64,000 bases of DNA from the human T2T-CHM13v2.0 reference genome, Homo sapiens, in assembly GCF_009914755.1 (NCBI RefSeq), contig NC_060929.1; one strand, 5' to 3'. The translations under genes were made by a program, and so were the position numbers. Of this stretch, positions 26,076-39,696 are shown piece by piece (position 1 is the stretch's first letter; each line of letters starts with the position of its first letter). The notes under the pieces are model-generated. The model was not told where the DNA came from, made no database searches, and saw nothing but the letters and a program-made list of their open reading frames with translations.

Positions 26076-26309
26076 ATCTCATGCTTTACACTCTAAAGTA
26101 AAAAACAACTATTCATGACAGAAACATATTTCTTGATTATGAATTTTTTGGTTATTTTAATGGCTGAATTTTTTTCAGCAAGGGACACAGTAAAATTCAG
26201 ACTCATATATTAGATTGTGCTTTCTATATGCCTGGCTGTTATCAGATAGTTTTTGCCATGTTTGATAGCAAAGCTGCTAAAAAGTGGTTAGCATAAAGCA
26301 GGTGCTTTA

Positions 26310-26573
<264 letters not shown>

Positions 26574-28804
26574 TCATATTATTTTTCACCCAATACATTA
26601 CATCCACATTCATGCCTTTTGTTGTTAGCTAAAATTTTGATTTTGAAATTGTACTTATGGGGGAATTTTACACTGAAATTTGGAGCAGGCACTGCAAAGA
26701 TTATTTTTAGCATGCTCTGAAATTTTTCCCCAACACTGAGAACCTGATGTGGTTAGAATCCTTCTATTGATTTTTTAAATTAAAATTCTCATGAAAAGAA
26801 GGTTGCTTTGGCTTAAATCAGACACATTACAATCATTGTTTCTTCTCTGTTCTTGGAGACCCAGTTCTTTAGTTCTAATAATAAAGGTGAACACAAATGC
26901 TACTAATAGGCAAGTGATATTTTAACTTCTTCATTTTAGTAAATTGTAGTATTTTTAAGCATTTTATTTCATTCTGGGAAATACTGAGTCATGATTCACC
27001 ATACTGAATCATTTAGGAGATAAACTTCTGGCATGTTTTTCAGTGGTGGGATGCCCACAGTACTCCCATTTATTGAAAAAGGAATTATATGCATCTTCCC
27101 CAGCTGAGATGCTTTAATTCTTGGCCAACATATTAGTCTTTAGTCTTTTTCTTGTTATTTGTCTATAAAGGACTGTGCTTTTAGTTTTCAAATTTAGTTA
27201 AAGCATTTTATATTCAATACATGCATTTTTTGTCTCCCCGCCCCACAACTAAAACAACAAACCACTTCACACTTCTGTCTCTGGCAGATTGATTGCATTC
27301 TCAAGCCAAGAGTCTGATTTCAGAATTTAGCTGTGATACATGAGGCATGACAATAAAGTAATAAAAATGGTTTGCTTATGTAATTCTTTATCAAAGTATT
27401 ACAACAAAAGGTATTTCAAAAATGTTATTAACAATGACAGCCTCATAGGTTAGGTATAAAGTAATAAGGTCAATGAGAACGTTTTATGAATATTTGTTGG
27501 CAAGACAATAACAGAAATAAGAATATAAGTAAAAATGTCAGTAATCATAATACTAATTGCTAGGGAAATATTGACAAAGCAAACAAAAGCTAGCGCAAGT
27601 CCAGAGAGAAGTTGAGAACATGTGGAGATGGCAGGTGCAGGGGATGAGTGAGATGGTGCTGGAGGATGAGCTTTATGAAAAAAATTTTGAGGCAAAAGAT
27701 AATTATATAAAGACCATTTTCTGAAAATTTTGCTATGTGTTTTGTGATTCCTTCATTCTTTACCCCAACAGTCTTTGGTTAAGACCTACATTATTATTGA
27801 TTGCTGCCTGAAATTTCATTGACTTAATTTTGTTTGCTGTTGTTTTGGGGGTTTTCCTGTTAATTGTTTTAGAAGCATTTGTGATGTATATGTCTATAAG
27901 CGGGACGCTCCTCACTCAAGGTTACCCAGATATATGCAACATCATCAATTAACTTACTATCTGAATCAAGGAGAGTTGAAGTTACATTAGACATTCTGTC
28001 AAATAAACTGTACCTAAAAATATCTTGGAAATATTTTGAAATAAAGAATATCTTGCTGATATGCAGTGCCAGCTCAATAACATAATAGTCGTGTGCTAGA
28101 GTTTATATAAATCTATCATACGTCTATATAATATCCCCCAAAAAGTGAACATAGACTAAGACAAGTTCAGAATTCTGAACCCTGAGACCCGATAATATTT
28201 ACATTTTAGAAAATAAGAAAAGAATCAGCAAAAGTGATTCATAAGGAGTGACTAGTCAAACAGAGAAAGGCCAAGTGAAAGTTGTGATCTGGAAGCAGGG
28301 AGAAGTCTAGAAAGAAGAATTAAGCAACCATTATTTTTTCAGGAAGATAAAAATTTTTAAATTACCATGGATTTGGCCTAAGAAGATTGAGTCATAAGTT
28401 TGCTAGGAGTGGAAGAAAAAAATCATTTTAATAGGTGAAATATAATTTTTTCATGTGAGGGTATACTCTAAGTTCCTCAAAAGCAAATTCACATCCCAGA
28501 TGGTAGGCTGTGTCAGCCTGGAGGAAATTCAGAAGGAAGCCAGCAGTCATCACTGGAAAAGAGTACTGAGATCCAAGCAGCTCTACAGCCCATTTCCTGC
28601 CCTCCCTCTCTCTATATGTGGAGAGCCAGAATCGTCTCTCACTTTAAGATGTGCAAGAAATTAAGAATATAAAAAAAATCCAGTAATAGTTGTTGAGAGT
28701 CACATCTGTAGTAGAGGAGAAGAGGTGGGGCTATATCACCTATTAAGAAGGGGTAGGTCTCTAGGATAAGAAGGTTATAGAATCTAAGGAATGAAAGGAA
28801 ATGA

Positions 28805-29478
<674 letters not shown>

Positions 29479-29778
29479 AGGAGTATTAGAATCAGAGTCA
29501 AGGAATCCTCCATGGGTTATACCATGGACACAAATGTAAATATTATGACTTCATGTATACTCCCATCAGCCTCCATTTGATACCTGTGTTGGTTCAGGGG
29601 AGAAAAAATGTGATGCTGCTGAGTAAAGTGGTTGCTTCCTATTAAAATCGTGGCTAACCATGATTATTCTTTTGTAGATTCCTTAGGGAAAGATTAGAGG
29701 TAGATGTCCCAGGCCTGGAAGACTGAGTAAAATTCTTCAATTCTCCCCATCCTCTCCTAGTACTGAATCCAGTAAGTA

Positions 29779-29857
29779 TTAGGTTGGTGCAAAAATTATT
29801 GCAGATTTTGTCATTTAAAGTAATGGCAAAACTGCAATGACTTTTGCACCAATTTAA
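29779..29857. mobile_element. MADE1 MITE (Hsmar1-derived), full length
   Basis: TTAGGTTGGTGCAAAA ... TTTTGCACCAATTTAA; about 80-bp inverted repeat preceded by TA. Confidence 0.92.
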
Positions 29858-30072
29858 TGGTATTGTATCTTTCTTAGAAGAGAAAATGATGTGTCTGCTT
29901 TAAACATTACTATAGAGTTCCTTTCTGTGAATGAACAGAGTATGTGAGGCTGCAGTGAGGATATCCAGTATTGTCAACTGGGCTACTCAATTCCTCCAGA
30001 AATTTCAGAATGTACACTTTGCTCTGGCAAGTAGGATGGGGACAGTCCTCATCTCCCAGCTTTTCTGCATAA

Positions 30073-30390
<318 letters not shown>

Positions 30391-30816
30391 TTAAGTGTTG
30401 TTATTAACAGCAAATTAACCACTTTCAATCTTATCATTCCAATTTACTTCTTTTCTAATATTCCATGAAATTAATAATTGCCTAAAACTTAGCAGTGAAA
30501 GTAGCAAAAAATAAAATATACCATAATCACAACATGACCAACAAAAGAGGGCAAAGTAATGTCTGCAGTTCAATGAAGGCTGCATATGGAAACAGGACTT
30601 AACTAAAGGGAATAAGCTGTTAGGCTGCAGATCAGAATAACTGTATTTGGCAGGTAAATGGCCAATTTTTCCAGAAAAATCCATGTGGATGGGGTTATAA
30701 AAGTAAACAAAAGAAAACAACATATATTTTTACCACTATCAAACTGTACCTGAAAACAAAACTTTTTACCCATGCCTAGATTTTACTAGAACTATCTTTC
30801 CACTTGGAGAGATAAA

Positions 30817-30829
30817 TGTGTGTGTGTGT

Positions 30830-30861
<32 letters not shown>
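30817..30861. repeat. (TG)n microsatellite
   Basis: About 22 units with one interruption. Confidence 0.96.
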
Positions 30862-33800
30862 ATTTTTAAATGATTAGTTCCTTAGCATGGTACCATTGAA
30901 GAGAATTTGATTTTCCTTCAACTTTATCAGTTAATCAAACATGTTTTACATTTAAATTTATATTCGTAAAGTTTAAGCATAAATATCTATCACTGGGGCC
31001 ATCAGTTCATAATTCTTCCAAATAGGCTTGCTAATTAAAAGTACATAAATGTATTCATATGCTGTACATCAAGGAAAGCAGAGTAATCTGATTTGACCTC
31101 ATTCTATACAAATTTTTTGTATTGATAAACAAAGTATGCCAAGAAAAATGAAATATGACTAATTTCCCTTCAATTAATTCTAAGAAGCAACTTCAATCAA
31201 ATGCTGAAGGTAGAAAATATGCTTCTTCTTAATGAGGTTTTATTAAAATTACTTGTTTACTTGTGCCAGTCAAATCTGACCTTTACAATACAGTATTTGT
31301 TTAGAGCTAGTGGAGATAAATTGAGTACACTGATTCTAAATTGAGGATCTATTAAGTAATAAGTAGGATGTAGTTTTATAATCACCTTTGGGTTATAAAC
31401 AATATTTACCACAAGATCAAAACACATTGACTTAGAAGAAGTGAATGCAAATTAAAATGGAAGATATTTTAGAAATGCAGTGAGAAGCGAACAGAATTAT
31501 AATATATGATGCTATTAAGTATTTTCAAACATTACTAACTTCTCTTGATTAAATGGCAATTATGCTCTGGAACATGAATCGAACAACCATTTTAAGGCAC
31601 TTAATGAAAACACTGAAGTATTTTTTGTTTAATAGGTAGCAATATTGAAAGCACAATTAACATTAACTTTTTTTAAAAGAATAGCTGAAGCAACACCTTT
31701 TTTTCCTGCTAGTTTTGAATTTTAATTTGTTATTGTAAGTGAAGGAAAATAAAAACATACCTCCTCTGATGTCTATCATAAGGCCACAGGAGGTGTGTGG
31801 GGGGAGAGTATGTTAATAGCATTGCTGCTAATTCCACTGTAATTCTGCTTCATTATCTTATGCAAATAATTCCCAGAAAGAATCAACTTCTTAGGAAGAA
31901 TTATAAAAAATAAATGTCATTAGCAAAAGGTGGTATATCAGCAAGTTTAATAAGTGCATTACATTAAAAATAGAGTTATAGAAAACTTTTGCAAGTTGAT
32001 TTTTAAAATGGTAACTTTTTTTAAAGAAAAAAAGCGTTGCAGCAGTAAAGGAATTATGTGATAGTATTCAGGTTTCTGTTTAAGAGGTAACTTTTAAAAA
32101 TAGGAAGTTCTCACATCAAAATTATAAAAGCATCTATTTATAGCTATTACTTGTAAATAGCTTTACTAGTATTGCAAATTGTAAAGATAAGCAATAATTA
32201 TTGGCAGATTATTTTTAAGCACTCCAATCTCACTTTTTAAAGCAGATGTTAGTAAATATTCTTATTTACTACGCTTACCTGTTATAATATTACGATTTTA
32301 ATTATTTTCAGTAACCTAAACTAACCCTATGTCAACTTTAGAATGTAGTCCAAACAATTTAGCATGTCATTCAAGGCTTCTTTGTATCTCTCCAGACTTA
32401 CCATCTACAGTTTGTAAGTAGTACAGTCATATTAATTAAGGCATAGTTCAAAAACACACAGCTAAAAACGGAAAGCTGTTTCAACCTTCTCTGTCTTTAA
32501 ACATGTGATTCCCCTCCCATAGTGTCCCTTCTCGCTGTTCCCTTTTGCCCACTGGCCCAGCCTGCCCAATAAGCCATCCTCCAACACCTAGAGCAAATGT
32601 CTGTACAATCCCAGGAAGAACTCATTATTTTTTTCCATTGTGTTCCTTGAAGAGAATACACACAACAGGCTCGTAAGTGCACTGTCTGGAAATTGTGTTG
32701 TATTCATAATTTTCCCCTTTCACATACTAACAGGTAATTTGCATTTATTAGGTGAACAAATCAACCCGTACATGAGCTGAAGAGGGATTTAAAATAGTCC
32801 CTAAGACTATTTTGCACAATTATACTTTATATATTGGGATCACAATTTCTCAGTTCAAGGTTGGCAGATGATTAGCTCATCTTCCTGTGTTCTGAAGCAT
32901 CAATGCATGTGACTTCCCACCTCTACTTTTGTAGATTTTCTGGAAAAAAAATCCATGAAATACTTAAATATTGGGTTGTATTGTTGGATCAATTAAATTA
33001 TGAAGAAGAACTTACCTTTGCTAAAAGTAATTATCTTTTGCCTCTAGTTCTTCCCTCAGAACAAAATTTGGGGTAAAAATATGGCTTTCTATTCCACTGA
33101 CTCCTGTAATACCTAGATATCTTCTTTATATAAATCTAGACTCTTGTCAAACATCTGTGCATCTGTGGTATTTTTTCTTATATGTTGCCTTTCCACTAAA
33201 CAACTGAATTTATGCCCCACCATCCATGCACTCAAATTATTTTTAAGCTTTATTTGCAGTATAAATATCTGTGTATGTGTCCTTATCTGTCTTATTTGAG
33301 TCTGGGCTCTTTCAAGGCTCCAGATAAATTAATAAAAGAGTAGAAAATCTGAGAGAAAATATGATAACAGTTACAGGGACCAGAAGGACATGTATTCCCT
33401 TTTCTAGGAAAAATTATTTTAATAAAAACTATATCCCTAGGTTAATTTACAGTAAGCCACAGTGTGCACATTAAATCCACATTAATTCTTTCATTAAACA
33501 TACATCTAACAAAGATTGTGGTGCCAGGCACCGAGCTTGGTGCTGGAGATAAAGCCTGGCAGGAAGCTCATATAACATAAGAAAATGGAGTTATTTATTG
33601 TAATTACGCATGGGAAAAACATCTAGTGAGATTTATTACATTTATTTCATTAGTATAACATAACAACAGCATCTAATTGTAGTTATATATTAAAATTATA
33701 TTAAGCAATATATTTTATTTAGAAAGTACTTAAAATATAAATATAAATAAATCTATATTTTATCACTATACTCATAATTACCACAATGAAGCTTCATCAG

Positions 33801-34099
33801 TCCTCAACAATGTTATTGCACATAAAATGAATGGTGTTCTAAATTATCATACTGAGGTCATTCAGTTCACTGTTTGATAGGTAGCAAAGACTTCCTACTT
33901 TGAATGGGTTTCTATTTCCTCTTTATTACAGAAATTCACTAGAGTGAGAAAGATGGAAAAAGAGAAATCAGTGGTGCAGTATGCTAAATTCTAGGATGTA
34001 GATATGGATTAATTATGACAAAGTGATAGATTAATAAAATAGTTCTGCCTGTAAGGTGGAAGATGATGATCATGACAATTAAATCAGCACTTCCTAAAG

Positions 34100-34275
34100 C
34101 AAGAATAGTGAGAGCTAAAATGTCTAAATCTCTTACTGTTTGCCAGGCTTTATTCTATGGCACTTACATGAATCAATTCACTTAATAGGAACACAGGAAC
34201 ACTTCAAGGTATACTATATTATTATTTCTACTTTACAGATATATAAACTGGGGCACAGCGGGATTCAAGTATTTT
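34100..34275 (-). mobile_element. MIR relic
   Basis: CTTACTGTTTGCCAGGC ... ATTATTATTTCTACTTTACAGATATATAAACTGGGGCACAG. Confidence 0.7.
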
Positions 34276-36620
34276 GTTTAATTGGTCTCAAAAGTTAAGG
34301 CTGATAAAGCCACTGTATATTCAGTTCAACATTATATTGGCTGCCTTAGTCAAAACAAAATAGAGAAAGGGAGTCTGTATTACTAAACTATATTCTAGAT
34401 TTAAGAATATTTAAGAAATTTCATTGGAAAATTTTAAATGACCAATGCAATACACTGTTCTTTCTGGGCAAGGCCTATGTTTATTCTGATTATTTCACAT
34501 TAGAGATAATAGTCTGAATGGCATTAATGTGTCTTAAATTGTTTTGAAAAAATGATTAGATCAGCTGTAGCCAATTATAATCCAAAATAACTGTCAAAGC
34601 ATGAGAGCATGTTTCATTCCATACATTAGCAACACTGGTTTCCCTTGGATTTCAACATTTAAGTTTCAAATGATTAGCATCTGATCTGCTATATTGATTA
34701 TTCTCCTGAATTACCATTCTTATAGCAAATTTAGATTTTCATATATAATGAGACAGATACTGTAAATTATTGCTGGGTGTCACTGGCCATTAAACAACTA
34801 GATAGTTGATATATCACCACAACTTTAAGAGGAAAATTGCGCATCCCATGAATTAAAATCTGAAAATACTTTCCCATCACTGCCACCACATAATGTAGTC
34901 TAAAGAGTGAAGTCAATTGGAAATTTGTAATGTTTTATCTGTGCAAAGCGCACAGTGTATACAAGAAAGAAGCATCATGTATTTGCTGAATGTTGTGTGA
35001 TTCTCCCAGGTGTTTCTATAATACTTCCAAAAAGCAGTTATTTGCAAGAAAATCAACTATAACTTGATTTAATTTGTAAGTTACTTTGAAATCCTTCTAA
35101 AGAATTTCCAAGTCATTGAGGCTACAGGAAGGATTAAAGAAAATGAAATTAACTCATAAGGGCTAATCATATTTGTTTTCCAGTTTAAAATGTGTAGATT
35201 CATGACTTCAGCTGCTTTTTAATTAAATCCTGTTTTTTTGTTGAAATCTGTGTGAGCCCACACTGTTTGTTACTATTTGTATTTGTACAGTAGATATTTA
35301 CCACTCTTGTAGGAAACAGCAAAAACTTTCCTGCTCAAGAGAAAAGATGAAAATGGGGCAGCAAAACAGGTGCAAGACACAACCAGATGGAAATTATTAC
35401 CCGTTAGCTTGCAATCAGCAGCATAGAAGAAAATACTTTAAAAAACATGAAAAGCTATAGTTTTCTCTTCCTGTTACATGAGGCTAATATTTCACTCCTG
35501 CACTTAAATACACATGTCAGCAGGTCTCCAGCTATGGGAGGAAAATTCTGATGATCATACAGAAAACAGAATCATTGAAAAGTTCATGCTGAATAGGAAG
35601 GCTGAATTTCTGCCTTTCTTCTGTTAGTAAGCTGCTGCAAAATTTTCTGAAAAATAAAAGTAGCTCAAAAATTCAAAACAAGACCACAAAAACGAAGGCT
35701 CAAAAATGTTTTGTTAAGGTCACCACTATCATGGCATAAACTCTACCTTTTATAAACACTAAATGCACACGGAATGTGGGCTTCATAGTCATTGTAACTT
35801 CACTGCCAGCAGAAAGCTTAGAACAGCACTGTTGATCCCTCCCCCCTCTCACAATGAAGTATGTAGAGAAATAAATTGTGTTAGAAATAAAAAGCAAAAG
35901 TGAAAAGGGTAATATAATTTCTTGCATTCTTCTCAAAGCAATTTATGTAAGAATCTCAAAGCAATTCTGGCCCACAAGTGCCTAGTTCCTTCAGGGAACG
36001 CTATCCACAGATGCATGGCTTTGTCACCAGCAAATATCACACCTACACTCTGCTGGTTTAAACCATGTCATTAGATGTAAGCCTTTGAAAATTTAACACA
36101 TCGCTTTTCTTTACTTTGCCCTGCTGTTTTCTCTATGTTTTTTGTAAAGAATTTGGAGGATAATATGTGAATGCTATTTAGGAAATAATAGAGATGCCTT
36201 AGTAATGATCCACAAAATGTTATGTTTCATTGAACACCATCAGGTTTTTATGAAAAAGAAAACAGATACGTTGCCTAAATATAGAGAAACTATTAATTCC
36301 TAAAATCAAAAGAAGTTTTGAGTTCCAGAAATGTGTTAATTTGATAACTATAGTATCTTGACGTGACTGATTAATATTAAATTAATATTTGCTTAGTAAC
36401 AAATTATTTAAATGCCTCAACTTATTATAAGTTTTACTCAACTTATTCCCATTAAAGATTTGTCTTTACTATATTCCTACTGGTTTAGATGATTCTACTG
36501 AATATTTCAAATGAGAATACATATGAAGTATATACCAAGTACGAATGTTTGACTATTTTAAAAGCAGATTAAGCCTTGTGAAAATATCAAGACATTTTTC
36601 TAATTCGATATGAATACAAA

Positions 36621-36621
<1 letters not shown>

Positions 36622-36652
<31 letters not shown>
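36622..36652. repeat. (TA)n microsatellite
   Basis: GTATATATATATATATATACATATATATAT. Confidence 0.93.
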
Positions 36653-36967
36653 TCCCTATATAACATGTCTGAAAGAAATTTATTTCTGTACCATAAGGTA
36701 TTTAGTGGAAATTATTGCATATACTAGTCTTTCATCATTATACAATATTTTATATTCTTCTTTAACATTTTAACATTATGAGCTATTGAGATGTAACCTC
36801 CTCTAAATTTAAAAATACCTATATAAGCTATTATATATATAAATATATAAATGTATTATATGTATCTTCAAATATTATATATATGATATTTCCTATATAT
36901 ATTCATTTTTGTATTTTATATAATTTTGGATCATTTATTTTCCAAAATATATGGGGACTCCAGCCTA

Positions 36968-37345
36968 CTGTAGTGTCATAAACTAGGGAAATATAAGGAA
37001 CATACGTGATCTGGAAAAGAGTAGAAGAAGATGCCTCACAGATTCTGCATCATCTAGACTATGCGCCTCTCAGATTTTCCACTGTGGGGAATTTAACTGA
37101 CCCATAGCCGCAGCTACTGTGCTCTGAAACGCACCCCAGGAGAACGCTGGAGGCTGTGTTTCCCATGGTTTGCTGGCAGGCAATACTTTAGGCAGGCCTG
37201 TACGTGAGGGACAATTTGGCCCCAACAACCTTACCAAATGTATAGTCTGAGACCTTCTTTCCCTCTCTTGTTCAGCAGTCTTAGACCTATTTCACAGGCT
37301 GATAACTCCCCCACATTCCTCTCCTTTAAGCTCCCATTATTTCCC
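36968..37345 (+). mobile_element. LTR16-type ERVL LTR
   Basis: CCTCTCAGATTTTCCACTGTGGGGAATTTAACTGAC..GCAGCTACTGTGCTCTGAAAC resembles LTR16A/B. Confidence 0.6.
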
Positions 37346-37412
37346 CAGTTCCACGCAAGTTAGTGTGCTACTGACAATTGCACGAAACGTTCCATTAAAG
37401 AATTTACAGGTC

Positions 37413-37714
37413 GGCCCGGCGCGGTGGCTCACTCACGCCTGTAATCCCAGCACTTTGGGACGCCGAGGCGGGCGGATCGCGAGGTCAGGAGATCTAGACC
37501 ATCCTGGCTAACATGGTGAAACCCCATCTCTACTAAAAATACAAAAAAATTAGCCGGGTGTGGTGGTGGGCACCTGTAGTCCCAGCTGCTCGGGAGGCTG
37601 AGGCAGGAGAATGGCATGAACCCGGAGGCGGAGCTTGCAGTGAGCTGAGATCGTGCTACTGCACTCCAGCCTGGGAGACAGAGCGAGACTCCGTCTCAAA
37701 AAAAAAAAAAAAAA
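37413..37714 (+). mobile_element. AluY (CpG-rich, young)
   Basis: GAGAATGGCATGAACCCGG..GCGGAGCTTGCAG; pure A tail; TSD AAAGAATTTACAGG(T/C)C at 37397-37412 and 37715-37730. Confidence 0.96.
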
Positions 37715-39096
37715 AAAGAATTTACAGGCCAAAAGTGAAAATGAATATGATATCTACTTCAGTCATGTATTTGTGATAACTATTAGGAGAAACAGACATG
37801 AACATACAGTAAAAACTATCCAGACAAATATATATGTATAAAATTTTATGTAAGGATACAAATCATAGTTAATATAGCTGTTCCCATGGGGGAAATCAAG
37901 TGTGGCTGGATAGAAACCTCCAGAGAATACTCAGTATTACTGAAGTGAGGAGCACATTTTTGAGAAAGGGGAGGTAAGAAGAATCCAGTCACGAAAAAGA
38001 AGAAACATTTTTGTTTTGGGGGAGGGAACATCAGGATATTTCTATTTTTGTTGCTTGTCCCATAGGAATGTGTAAGTTGGAGTATTTTAATTACATAAAA
38101 GTAGATCAATATCTTCAAGATGTCTGTTTGTGTTCTGAAGAGAAAGAATCGCGCTGCAAACAAGCACAGCATGCCTTTCCATCTGAGGAAGCCAGATTTA
38201 AGTAGGAAAACAGGGTCTCTAACTCAGTTACATCTAATACAAGCTGTGCAATCACCTTGAGTACCAGTCTTCTTACTGAGAAATACAATTGCTGTGAGGA
38301 TTAAAATAAATCATATTCAGAAAACTTCTTAAATCCCTGACCTCTTTTAATGACCAGAAATACCCATACATTTTACTCTTTGTTAAGCTATGTTTGCATC
38401 CTCCTCCAACACTAAAAAGAGAGAAATTGAAAGTAGGTTCATTTGTTAACAGAAAAATTGAAATTCTGGTTGTGTTTTCGTCCAAGTACGCTAGAATGTT
38501 AAGGCCTGTGAAAGCGGGCATTTGTGTTGCTTTTGTTTACCGATGCATCCCAAAAATCTAGACTATCCTCTGCCATATAGATAGTGCTGAATAAATGTTT
38601 TGAATTAAGAAGAAAACAAAGAGCTGTTCTTAAAGCAGAAGAGCTTGGTTGATGACTATATCCTATATAGCAATATCTGGTACATGACTTAAAGAAGTAT
38701 TAGATTGGTTTGAAATACTAGATAAGGAATTATATTTGTAATGGTCCTGGATAAATGTCCAATGCTCAGTGTTCATATGTATGAGGATTGCAGGAGTTTG
38801 CCATGTAAAATCTGGTGTCAGAGACTGAATTGACAGAGAGGAGGATGATTTGTCACCTGTTATCTACATTGAATTTTTAAAGTTGTCAGGGATTCAGTGT
38901 GACCAAGTATGGAAATAAAAGCTATACATGAACTAAATAAACAAGGATACTTCCTACAACACATCTGCATACAGTGCAGTTTGTATTTTGCCTGAGAATT
39001 TTTTAGACAGGCTTAAGGAGGAAAATCTGGAGTTCAGAAAGTACACTGAAAGTAAATGCAACTAAGAGTGAAGTATTGGCTCAATAATACAACTTC

Positions 39097-39148
39097 GTGT
39101 GTGTGTGTGTGTGTATATGTGTTTGTGTGTGGATGAGTGTGTGTGTGT
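39097..39148. repeat. Interrupted (TG)n
   Basis: Seen directly in the sequence. Confidence 0.9.
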
Positions 39149-39696
39149 TCTCTTGAATGTGTGAAAAAATTTTGAAGTTGACTAGGTGATTTGGTATTTT
39201 GTATATTATGCTTTATTTGAGATACAAAGTGTCATCCACTGTAGCATATTCATCTTATATGTAGAATATATGCTTGAGTGGGTTTATGTTTAGTTTTTCT
39301 ACAATTTCCCTCTTATATTCTTATATTTCATTGGGGAAAAAAAGACTAGCTATCAAACTTTTAAAAGTAACCTTCCATGAAAAAAGCTCCATTCTCATAT
39401 TCTGTGTCTGTCTTTTTTATTCCATATTTACAGAACATTTCCATTGAAAATGTCTACATGGACCTTTGTTTAAATGAGAAAGATTTTTATATGACTGCAT
39501 ATGACATGCATCAATTTTTTTAAAATTACAAGGCCAAACTTTGATTCTGTTGTTGAGGCAGACTTCACGCTGAGCACTGCATTTGATTCATACCACTGAG
39601 ACAATCATAGTTGATTCCCTTCATTTCCTCATGATCCAAGGACTCAATACCACAACCTCTTCATAAGACTCTCTCCCTACACTTGCTCAACCACTG

